NCBI RefSeq assembly: GCF_006345805.1
Contig: NW_021831908.1
Location: 1-34,715 of the forward strand
Length of the DNA: 34,715 bases
Direction of reading: 5' to 3'
From: Octopus sinensis
Taxonomy: Eukaryota
The position numbers and the translations under genes were made by a program. Shown one piece after another: positions 1-10,665 of this stretch. The notes under the pieces are model-generated. The model had not been told where the DNA came from. It did no database searches and saw only the letters and a program-made list of their open reading frames with translations. Positions within the stretch are counted from its first letter, which is position 1; every line of letters begins with the position of its first letter.

Positions 1-52
1 TTTATTATTATTTTATTACTACTACTATTACTACTACTACTACTATTACTAC
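1..52. repeat. (TTA/CTA)n microsatellite
   Basis: Directly visible trinucleotide tract; abuts the 3' end of the minus-strand RLE LINE. Confidence 0.95.
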
Positions 53-612
53 TTTTGACATCGCTCAGTATGCAATATCTTGAGGTTGTTGATTGAAAAT
101 ACTGTGTCTTCCGGGTATTTGTACTGTTTGTCAAGTCACAACAAGGGCCTGAGACAGACAGTACTTTACGCAATATCTGTGCTGTTCCAAGTAATGCTGA
201 CTTTTGCAATACACCTAGCTTGTAGGACATTTCTAAAGTTTTCAGATGTTTTTTTTCAGACTGGGTGGTGCTCCGATGACAATAGGGGTAACCTTTATGA
301 TCGACTCTCGTAGCTACCACATCTTAGCGATCTCAATTCTCAGGTCTCCATATTTATCAACCTTTCCTCTTGCTTTCATATGTTGATCTCCTGGCACTAC
401 CACGTCAATTATTAGGCACTTTTGTTTGTCCCTCCTCAAGGTTACTATATCCGGCCTTCGGTGCTCTAACACCTTGTCTGTCTGGAAGTCGAAACTCCAG
501 AGTATTTTGGCCGTCTCCTTTTCGTCCATTACGTTTTCCGGTGTATTTTTGTACCAAGCACTCGAAACCTCATATCCAAATTTACGACATAGTAGCCAGC
601 GGAGGTTTTATC
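53..612 (-). mobile_element. 5'-truncated R4/Dong-clade non-LTR retrotransposon, restriction-like endonuclease C-terminus plus 3' UTR (pseudogenised)
   Basis: Minus translation LRWLLCRKFGYEVSSAWY...ILWSFDFQTDKVLEHRRPDIV...IIDVVVPGD...KVDKYGDL..EIAKMW, then (stop/frameshift) VTPIVIGA...LQKSALLGTAQILRKVL; PD-(D/E)xK RLE motif typical of R4/Dong; TTA repeats on both sides. Confidence 0.85.
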
Positions 613-613
613 T

Positions 614-698
<85 letters not shown>

Positions 699-706
699 CA
701 TCATCA

Positions 707-737
<31 letters not shown>

Positions 738-754
738 CATCATCATCATCATCA

Positions 755-801
<47 letters not shown>
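613..801. repeat. (TTA)n/(TCA)n microsatellite
   Basis: Directly visible; source of the poly-I/Y/N ORFs. Confidence 0.95.
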
Positions 802-803
<2 letters not shown>

Positions 804-1012
804 GGCGGCGAGCTGGCAGAATCGTTAGGACGCCGGACAAAATGCTTAGCGGTATTTCGTCTGCCGTTACGTTCTGAGTTCAAATTCCACCTGGGTCGAC
901 TTTGCCTCTCTTCTTTTCGGGATCGATAACTTAAGTACCAATTACGCACAGGGGTTGATGTAATCGACTTAATCCCTTTCACCAAATTTGAGGCCTTGTA
1001 CTTCCAGTAGAA
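802..1012 (+). mobile_element. tRNA-derived SINE, family A (alternative-tail variant)
   Basis: Head GGCGGCGAGCTGGCAGAATCGTTAG, B-box-like GAGTTCAAATTCC and body GGTCGACTTTGCC...GTAATCGACTTAATCC shared with other copies in the window. Confidence 0.85.
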
Positions 1013-1020
1013 AAGGTTAA

Positions 1021-1680
1021 TTTTATTATTTTATATTTGACTTATGCTTTGCATTTGTACAAGCTGGCTCCAAGTCTCACCCAGAGACCTCAAGAGATAA
1101 GTTAGTTCATGTTGGTGCTATGCTTAGTGTGCTATATATTTGGTTTTATACATAGTGTTCTAGAGAATGTTTAAGAAACCATAAGAACATTATCTGTTTT
1201 AAAATTTGAGATTACATAGGTAGTGTTTTACGTAGGCTATGGGCAGTTCTCATGAGCACTATCTTTGAATTTCTGCCATTTTGGGATTTCCTGTTATCTG
1301 AGCTAGGTAGCAATTCTATTATTCCCAGGGCATCTATGTTTTAGTCTTCAGGTTCCACATTTTGCTAATTTCTATTTCAAGATCTCTATACTTGCTCAGA
1401 TTTTGATAGGTTTTGACGGATACGTTTATATCGACAGTCATATAAATGAGAAGGCAGGATTTTTGTCTGAAGTCTTTCAATATAATGTCTGGCCTATTCG
1501 CATCTGTCTTTCTGTCAGTTTGAATGGTGAAGTTCCAGGGGAGTGAGGTGTGATCATTTTCAAGCGCTGGAGGTGGTTTGTGTTCCCACCAGTTTTTATT
1601 ATGGGGCAGGTCCAGGTTTTTGCAAATTACCCAGTGAATATATTGTGCAACTCTATCATGCTTTTTGAGTTACTCTGTAG
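1021..1680 (-). mobile_element. Second 5'-truncated R4/Dong-clade LINE fragment (different subfamily)
   Basis: Minus translation KHDRVAQYIHWVICKNLDLPHNKNWWEHKP...WNFTIQTDRKTDANRPDII...SKYRDLEIEISKMW...VLMRTAHSLRKTL; 3' UTR ending in an A/TAA-rich tail at about 1021. Confidence 0.85.
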
Positions 1681-1689
1681 GCGCATGAA

Positions 1690-1977
1690 GACTGCTCATG
1701 GAGACAACATGATCGTGTACTCTTAGCGTAGTTTTCGGGGAGATACGGCGTGACAGTGTGTAAGAAGGCCGGCCCTTCGAAATACAGGTACAACAAAAAC
1801 AGAAAGGAAGAGTGAGAGAAAGTTGTGGTGAAAGAGTGCAGCAGAGTTCGCCACCACCCTCTAGAGCTTCATATGTATTTGGTCAATAAACACTCACAAC
1901 GCCCAACCTGGGAATCGAAACCGTGATCCCACGACCGCGAGTCCACTACCCTAACAACTGGGCCATTGCGCCTCCAC
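1690..1977 (-). mobile_element. tRNA-derived SINE, family C (tRNA-Arg-like head)
   Basis: Reverse complement GGAGGCGCAATGGCCCAGTTGTTAGGGTAGTGGACTCGCGGTCGTGGGATCACGGTTTCGATTCCC (A/B boxes, TCG anticodon-like loop); homologous to 28490-28892. Confidence 0.8.
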
Positions 1978-2486
1978 ACATACGTACACACACACACTCA
2001 CGCACACACACACACATACATACATACATACATACATACATACATACATACATACATACATACATACATACATACATACATACATACATGAATACATACA
2101 TACATACATATAGATATGTATGTATATATGTATGTACGCATACAAATATCTGTATATGTCAGACAGAATGAAATAGGGAGTACATATGCAAGCATGAATG
2201 CATGAATATCAACATATTTCTATATGCATATACGTACATTTGTAGATACACACATATATAAATTAATGTATATATATATATTATATATATATATATACAC
2301 ACACACATTTATATATTTACGTGTTCGTATGTGTGTACAAACGAATGTATGCATCAATGTGTGAATATAATACGTAAATATATATGCATATATATATGGA
2401 TGTATATATATATATATGCACATCTATATATATTTATATAAATGTATGTATGTATATATACATATATACATTTGTATGTATGCATG

Positions 2487-2536
<50 letters not shown>

Positions 2537-2610
2537 CGTATATATACATATATATTCATATATATATATATGTATGTATATATATATATATCCGTTGGCA
2601 ATATATGGGG
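1978..2610. repeat. Compound (CA)n/(CATA)n/(TA)n microsatellite field
   Basis: Directly visible. Confidence 0.9.
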
Positions 2611-2864
2611 GTAATAAAAAAGGGTCGAGAAGAAAGAAGAAAAAAACATCAAACAAGTAAACAGGAATGAAAGAAAGAAAGACGAGCAAAAGATAAGGAA
2701 AAAGAAGAGACAAGAAACGATACCCCCCCACCCCCACCCCACCCCCAAAAAAAACAACAAAAGCAAAGCAAAACGGAAACACAAGAATATAAATAAAAAG
2801 AATGATAAAAAAAAACAAATAAATAAAAAAAAAGGTGTTGGCGTAAAGTGGCAAAGTGAAACAC

Positions 2865-3008
2865 CTGCGTTCTTGAGGACCAAAACAACCCGAAGAATTG
2901 GCACCGATTCTATGTATGTCATCACACCGATTCTGTCGCGTTCACTTTTAATTAATCCCGATATGAAGACATTATTTTCGACGTTCTTTACATATTTCTC
3001 AGGTTTGT
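2865..3008 (-). CDS. Candidate host exon in a unique-sequence island (strand ambiguous)
   Basis: Minus: tttccag|144 nt|gtgttt, phase 1-1, open peptide [48 protein letters not shown]. Plus alternative is also open and ends [14 protein letters not shown]|gtttgt at 3002. No recognisable homology. Confidence 0.25.
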
Positions 3009-3029
3009 CTGGAAATATATGTGCGTACG

Positions 3030-3176
3030 TGTGTTTCTTTGAGTGCATGTGTGCGTGTGCATATATGTGTGCGTGCGTGTGTGAGTGTGTGCATGTGTGT
3101 GTGCATGTATGCGCGGGTGCGGGTGCATGTATGTATATCTATATGCGTAAACGTACGTGTATGTATATATATGTGT

Positions 3177-3256
<80 letters not shown>

Positions 3257-3526
3257 TATGTATGTATATATATACATATATAAATATATGTATGAGTATA
3301 TAATATATATACTTACACACACACTTTATCAACAGTAAGTTTTTTTACATTTCTATATATATATATACATATATTTTTATTAAGCATTTCTATATTTTTC
3401 GTAAGAAAAAAACAATATGACATAAATATATATATATTTATACGTATGTATATATATATATATATACACATCAATATGTATGTGTGTGTGTGTGTGTGGT
3501 GTGTGTGTGTGTGTGTTGTGCGTGTT

Positions 3527-3564
<38 letters not shown>

Positions 3565-3954
3565 ATATATATATATGGAAATATTCCTATCCGCATTTTT
3601 TATATCTATATATATAAGTTTGAATGCATGAAGCTGTTTATCTATGAATGTGTAGGTGATGTGTGTGTGTGTGTGTGTGTTTGAGTGTCTCTAAATATGT
3701 GTGTACATAGATATCTACAAATATATGTACCAATGTTATGTATGTTGCATTAATATATGTGGATATATCTATATATAGACAGATACATATATATTTGTGT
3801 GTGCGTGTATTGGTGTGTATGTTTGGATATATATATATATTATATATATTATATATATACATATATATATATATGTATATTATATATATGTGTATATATA
3901 TATGTATATATATACATATATATATACAAATATATATATATACATATATATATG

Positions 3955-3993
<39 letters not shown>

Positions 3994-4051
3994 GTACATA
4001 TATATATACATATATAATACATAGATATATATACATATATCTATACATAGA

Positions 4052-4085
<34 letters not shown>

Positions 4086-4170
4086 CATAGATATATATAT
4101 ACAATATATATATACATAATATATATATACATATATATATATATATACATATAATATATATATATACATA

Positions 4171-4210
<40 letters not shown>
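3030..4210. repeat. Long degenerate (TA)n/(TG)n microsatellite field
   Basis: Directly visible. Confidence 0.9.
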
Positions 4211-4213
<3 letters not shown>

Positions 4214-4650
4214 CTCCTTGTCCTGTCTCTCACTGTTATATATTTATTTTTCCACTGTTTATATATATATTTTTTACTGTTTATATGTTTGTACTGTCGT
4301 TACCGTCTTGCTTTTTTTACCCCTCTGCGAAAAGATCTCAGAATTTTAATTGATTTGCTTTTCGCAGGAAGGAGTTTTCTTCGAAGTATACGTCTCGCTT
4401 TTATCCTTCGAAACGTTAGTAGATGAAACCTTAGCGACTGAAGAAGGGGATTTTTCGTTATGCTTATTGTCCTGTATCTCTTTTTTTGCCTGTCTTGTTC
4501 CTTGGTTTGTGTCTATTTTTTTCGTCTCTCTATGTGTTCGACGTCTTTTTGGTGTCCTGTACACATATATGCGTGTATATGTACATGTAGAGGTAGGTAC
4601 GTACAATATATGTTTATATATATGCATATGTTATATTTTATTAACATATT
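4211..4650 (+). repeat. Copy 1 of a ~440-bp direct duplication (copy 2 at 5048-5487)
   Basis: GTTCTCCTTGTCCTGTCTCTC...GCATATGTT recurs 837 bp downstream with few differences. Confidence 0.9.
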
Positions 4651-5047
4651 ATACGACTAAACGCACGCACCCTATTAAGTAAGATTGTTCTGTTTATCAA
4701 GTTAGCCTTGATATTAACTCTCACGCGACTCTGCATCTTTCTTTCTTTCTCTCCCATTCCCTTTTTCGTCTTTTTTCCCTCACTTAACTTGTCTCTTCCT
4801 CTCTCTCTCCCCCTCACCGTTCTTCATGGTCTCCTCGCACCATTCCCTTTCTTCTCTCTCTTCCTCTTGCTCCTCCTCTCCCATTCCCGTCGTCCATCTG
4901 CGACGATACTTCCGTCGTAACTGCTATCCTGTCTTTTCTCGCCCGCCTTCTAAGGCTACTGGTCGACATTCTTTCTCTCTCGTCGTCCACTATAATCCAG
5001 CGTTTGCAATACTTTTTTCGTCTGTCGTTAACAGCCTTTCTTATTTT

Positions 5048-5487
5048 GTTCTCCTTGTCCTGTCTCTCACTGTTATATATTTATTTTTCCACTGTTTATA
5101 TATATTTTTTTTACTGTTTATATGTTTGTACTGTCGTTACCGTCTTGCTTTTTTTACCCCTCTGCGAAAAGATCTCAGAATTTTAATTGATTTGCTTTTC
5201 GCAGGAAGGAAGTTTTCTTCGAAGTATACGTCTCGCTTTTATCCTTCGAAACGTTTAGTAGATGAAACCTTAGCGACTGAAGAAGGGGATTTTTCGTTGT
5301 GCTTATTGTCCTGTATCTCTTTTTTTGCTTGTCTTGTTCCTTGGTTTGTGTCTATGTTTTTCGTCTCTCTATGTGTTCGACGTCTTTTTGGTGTCCTGTA
5401 CACATATATGCATGTATATGTACATGTAGAGGTAGGTACGTACATATATGTTTATATATATGCATATGTTCTATTTTATTAACATAT
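5048..5487 (+). repeat. Copy 2 of the ~440-bp duplication; with 4700-5047 possibly a Penelope-like terminal repeat
   Basis: Duplication is direct. The PLE assignment rests only on pyrimidine-rich sequence plus CTGAAGAAG and CGAAACGT motifs. Confidence 0.6.
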
Positions 5488-5659
5488 ATATATATATATA
5501 ATATATATATATATACACACACACACACACCATGGGATGATTAAGCGCTTTATTTCTTTACGCAATACTGAGACTCTACGTTTTGTTTTTATAAATAATA
5601 TATTTACATATTTCTACATGGTCGCGCGCATACGCACACGCACAGCCACTCACACTCTG

Positions 5660-5690
<31 letters not shown>

Positions 5691-5964
5691 CACACTCACA
5701 CACATACAAAACCACGTGTGGGTGTTTGCATACGTGCGAGCTTGTCTGTCTTCCCATCTATCTGTCTGTCTACCTCTTTCGTCTGTGTTTCTTGTCTACA
5801 ACTTTTCTGGGTTTTTTGCCGTTGAGGACAACGTGAAAGTAAATGAAGTGAACATATTCACCTAATGTGCATATTATATGTTACTTGTCAGAAGAAAAGG
5901 TTATCTCGGACGACTGTAAGTGAAAACAGTTGTGATCTCTGTAGCCTCCAGCATACAATCTATC

Positions 5965-5967
<3 letters not shown>

Positions 5968-6053
<86 letters not shown>

Positions 6054-6291
6054 TCGTGTGTACGTATATGAATATATATATCATGCGTATGAATATATAT
6101 ATCATGCGTATATGAATATATATATCATGCGTGTATATATATCATACGTATATGAATATATATATTTACATATATATACATATGTATATATGTATATGTA
6201 TATATATATATGTATATGCATTTATATATATATGTATACGGTATATATAGATGTATATATATGTATATATTTATATACATGTATATATGCA

Positions 6292-6332
<41 letters not shown>

Positions 6333-6437
6333 TTGTGTGAGTGTGTGTATGTATGTGTGTATCTATTTTTTTTAAGTTTCAGCTCAGAGCTGCGGCCATA
6401 TTGATATATAAACTTCTATAGACACATACACACACGG

Positions 6438-6472
<35 letters not shown>
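5968..6472. repeat. (CA)n/(TA)n microsatellite field containing a ~30-bp LINE/SINE 3'-tail remnant at 6375-6402
   Basis: Repeats visible; TTTCAGCTCAGAGCTGCGGCCATA matches the LINE tail at 6886-6915. Confidence 0.8.
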
Positions 6473-6475
<3 letters not shown>

Positions 6476-6883
6476 TTAGGTTTTTTAGATATAGTCTTTT
6501 AGTTTTTTAGTACTTCATGGAACGACCAACCAACATCCATATCTTCTTGAAGAAGAATAATTGTGAACATTATTCTGCTGCCGATATTCTTCTAGCTACT
6601 CTTACTCTTTATTCTTCTATTTTTACTCCTTTATTCTTCTATTTTATTCCTTATATACTATGAATTTTATTCCTTGTAAACTGTAAATTTTCCCCATCTA
6701 AAATATCCATACCTTGTCTCTAATGACGGAATACTCAGTGTATAGACATGCTAACCCACAACTTGGGTCGACGAACTATAGTACTTACCCAGTGTACCTA
6801 TTCGTTTAGATCGCAAGTGAACAAATCCCTCATATTCTTTATTCACACATATATATAGTTATTAAAAATACATCTTTTTTATC

Positions 6884-8022
6884 AGTTTCAGCTCAAAGCT
6901 GCGGCCATACTGGGACACCACTGTTTCGTTACACTGTTATTATTGAGAACCTCCTCTGATATGTGGCATTTGGTCAATAAGGGAGTTTGATGTTGCTGCT
7001 CTCATTTGCTCCTTCTGTCGCGAGGTAGGTTCATCAAGGACTCTTGACGGGAAGAGATCCAGTTTTGTTTTGAAAACACCTAAATCCACCTTGTGTAGGT
7101 CCCTTAGGCTCTTTGGGAGAATATTGAAAAGCTGTGGGCCCTTGAAACCCAAGTTGGTGCATTAACTGGTCTTGAAGCGCGATGACATTGCTGGGATCTT
7201 TGGCACTGAGCAGTGGCGACCCGTTCTGGCATTTGTGTAGCTTTCAATGCCAAAACTTGACACAAAACCTTCCAGGATCTTCCAGATATATATTACTGCA
7301 TATCTCTCCCGCCTTTGTGGCAGGGTGTAGAGTCTTAAGTGTTTCAGCCTTTCCCAGCAGCTGTTGCAATGAGACGACCTTCCTTATGAAGCTTCACTGG
7401 ATTGCTTCAAGGTACGTTATTAATTTTAAACTGTGGAGTGACGATAGTTGGGAGCAATAGTCCAGGCGACTAAGGACAAATGTCCTCCAGAGGACCATCA
7501 TGGTTTCTTTATCTCTGGTTCTGATTGTTTTAGGATCCAGTCAGCCAGCCGTCGGCACTTTTTCGCCATTCTGGTGATGTGCACTTGGAAAGAGGTATCG
7601 TCAGTCATGTCGATACCCAGGTCCCTCACTGATTTAGACTCTGGGATTGTAATTCCCTGTGGACCAGTGGACCCTGTAAGTTTTTCGTTCAGTTTTGGAT
7701 GCTAGTGGTGCAAGGCTTGGAATTTTCCAGCATTAAACGGCGTATTATTGTCCTGCAGGCGTGCAACATGGCTAGGGTTTTGTATTTTCTGCAAGATATA
7801 CGTATCGTCTGCATAGCTGACAAGAGTGGCTATCCGAGCAGTTGAGGGCATATCCGAGAGCATATATGAAAAAAATTAGTCCCAAGACAGTGCCATGTGG
7901 AATGCCGCTCACTATTTGTGTTTCCTTTGAGGTTGTTCCATTGGCCACCACTGCCTGGCTTCTATCTTTCAGAAAGTCATGCAACCACTCTCCAAGTTTT
8001 CCAGCTTTGCCAGTATATCTAA
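6884..8022 (-). mobile_element. 5'-truncated CR1/L2-group LINE, copy 1 (RT C-terminal half to 3' end; frameshifted)
   Basis: GKLGEWLHDFLKDRSQAVVANG...SGIPHGTVLG, C-terminal GFKGPQLFNILPKSLRDL...FKTKLDLF...SNSLIDQ, then a 3' tail with stem-loop. Confidence 0.85.
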
Positions 8023-8042
8023 TCATATATATATATATATAT

Positions 8043-9390
8043 ATTACTGGTTTCAGCCCAAGGCTGAAATCATGCTGGTGTCTGACAGGATGTTGAACAA
8101 TTGCAGGCCCTTGAAACCCAGACTATTGTCATACTGTGTCCTTATTTTAGATTGAGAAAATGGGATCTTTGGTATGATGCAGTGCCGTCCAGTTCGAGGT
8201 TTGGTATAGCTGTCAATTCCAAAATTAGAAGTTAAACCCTCCAAGACCTTCCAAATATATATCACCGCATATCTTCCTCGTCTTCTTTCCAAGGAATAGA
8301 GACTCATCTTCTTTAACCTCTCCCTGTAGCCCATCTTTTGTATCGAGTCAATTTTCTTTGTGTATTGGCGCTGGATTGCTTCGAGTACCACAGTTTGTTT
8401 CACACACTCTAAGGACCACAGCTGGGAGTAGTAGTCCAAGCGGCTGAGAAAGAAAGTCTTCCATATGGGTATCAGAGCTTCCCTTTTACTGGTTATGAAT
8501 GTCCTCAGAATCCATCCCGCCATTCGCCTGCACAGTGTTGCCATCACGATAATATTCACATGGAATGTTGCATCATTGCTCATGTGAACCCCCAGGTCAC
8601 GCACCGACTCTGACTCTGGGATTGTATTACCTTCTGGTCCAGTGTAGCCTGGTGTTGGACTGATAGTGGAGTGCCTGAAATTTCATAGTATTGAACTGCC
8701 TGTTATTTTTATTAGCCCATTTGCATATTTCATTCAGGTCTTTCTGCAGTTTTATAATGTTCTCTGGTTTCCTAACTGCCTGCGATATTTTTGTGTCGTC
8801 AGCATAACTGTTCAGATTGGCTGTCTGTACCGCGGAAGGTATTCTAAGAGGGCTACCACAAATAGCAGTATCCCCAATACAGTTCCCTGTGGGACTCCAC
8901 TGAAAATTCGTGTCTCTTCAGAGTGAGCGCCATTGGCTACAACTGTCTGACTCCTGCCCTTCAGAAAATCATGCAGCCACTCTCCCAGTTTCCCAGTAAT
9001 ACCAAGGTTTCGCAATTTGTGACATATCATGCTATGATCAACCTTGTCGAAGGCCTTGGCAAAGTCGAGGTATATCACGTCTACAGGTGACTGGTTTAAC
9101 TGTTGCTTCAGTACCCAGTCAAATTGCTGCTCCTCCCTGGACGGAAGCCTTGTTGCGTGTTTGTGAGAAAGGTGTTTTCTTCTAGGAACGTGATCAGCCT
9201 TTTTCGGACAATGCATTCAATTGTCTTGCTAACATGTGAGGTCAGAAAGATGGGCCTGTAATTTTTAGAATCTGCCCTGCTCCTTCCTTTATGGACAGGG
9301 CATATTATACCCTCTTTTAGCATGTTGGGAAGTTTACCACATGCAAGGAAACTCTGACTGGCTGCGAGTACACACAACTGAAAAGGCACA
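8043..9390 (-). mobile_element. CR1/L2-group LINE, copy 2 (RT domain; internal deletion before the tail; (TA)n tail)
   Basis: KNYRPIFLTS...QQGFRPGRS; VDVIYLDFAKAFDKVDH; SGVPQGTVLG; RDLGV; LSRLDYYSQLWS; YSLERRR; tail CCAGCATGATTTCAGCCTTGGGCTGAAAC followed by (TA)n at 8025-8043. Confidence 0.9.
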
Positions 9391-9689
9391 AAAAGGCTCT
9401 GGGAAGAATTTTCGTCTCTTTCTGATAAGTATGGTAGAAATATCAGAGAAATGGTTAAGATATTTTACTTTCGTAGGAGATGTTATCTCAGTGAAAATAC
9501 CGCAGTAACTGGTATGTCGATAGTGTGAAAACGTTAATTATGATACGTAGATTGCTATTTTAATATAATACGGCCTTAAATGCGAATTTTGGATGAAAAT
9601 AGCGTGATTTGAACTCAAAATATAAAGAGCCGCAACTAAATCAAATATATTAATTTCTTACATAAGCACAAGAGATTAAAGGAAAGGGT

Positions 9690-10665
9690 AGGAAACTATA
9701 CCGAACCCAATATCTGAGTGGTACTTATTTTATCGACGCCCGTAGGAATTGAAGACTGAGTTGTTCTCAGCAACAAATGAACACAGAACTGAAATATCTA
9801 ATAGTGTTTCTTTCATAAGCAGAACATCTGAAATTTAGTAGAGGGTTTAGTAGATACCGTCGACTCCGGCACTTCATTGATAGCTTTTTTTTTTTCGACC
9901 CTGAAAGGATGAAAGGCAAAACTTTCCTCGGCGAGAATCGAACTCTGAATGTGAAGTGTGACAAAAACGGCAAAGCATTTTGTCCAGCGCTTTTACGATT
10001 CTGCTACTTCACGAAATTTTAGCACAAGACCAGCAATGTTAAAAGGAGGGGAAGTCGAATACATCACCCACAGTGTTCACCTGGCACTTATTTCGTCGAC
10101 TTATTTCGTCGACCCTGAAAGATGAAAGTCAATCTCGATGGCATTTGAACTTAAAACCTAAAGAACAGGAAGAAATGCCGCAAAGCATGCCGTGCATCAG
10201 GCTAATGATTCTGTCAGCTCGCCGTCTAGCATCAAATATCTAATACCATTTCAAATGTTGGCACAATGTCAGCATTTTGAGGAGAGAGTATTAGTCGAAT
10301 GCATCGACCCCAGTGTTCAACTAGTAATTATTTTATCGACTCCGAAAGGATGAAAAGCGAAATCGACCTCGGCCATATTTGAATTCGGAACGTAAAGACA
10401 GACGAAATACTTATTTCTTTATTACCCACAAGGGGCTAAACATAGAGGGGACAAACATAGGTATTAAGTCGATTACATCGACCCCAGTGCGTTACTGGTG
10501 CTTAATTTATCGACCCCGAAAGGATGAAAGGCAAAGTCGACCTCGGCGGAATTTGAACTCGCAACGTTACGGCAGCCGAAATACCACTAAACATTTCGCC
10601 CGACGTGCTAACGATTCTGCCAGACGAAATACCGTTAAGCATTTTACTCAGCTCGCCGTCCCCAT
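9690..10665 (-). mobile_element. Cluster of 4-5 head-to-tail or nested SINE-A copies of different ages
   Basis: Repeated CGACCC(C/T)GAAAGGATGAAAGGCAAA...GAATTTGAACTC motifs near 9720, 9895, 10110, 10340 and 10510. Confidence 0.8.

Noticed and set aside
370-840. Poly-I/Y/N ORFs, and the similar Y/I/C/V/H/T-rich ORFs throughout the window
   Set aside because: They are translations of TTA, TA, TG, CATA and GGT microsatellites, with no coding signal.
1900-1977. tRNA-Arg gene (also 28820-28892 and the SINE-A/B heads)
   Set aside because: The heads continue into SINE bodies and lack a proper acceptor stem, so they are SINEs, not tRNA genes.
4400-4450. Hammerhead in the duplicated unit (CCTTCGAAACGTTAG...CTGAAGAAGGGG)
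   Set aside because: Core motifs are present, but I could not form helices I and III with a valid NUH site in either permutation.
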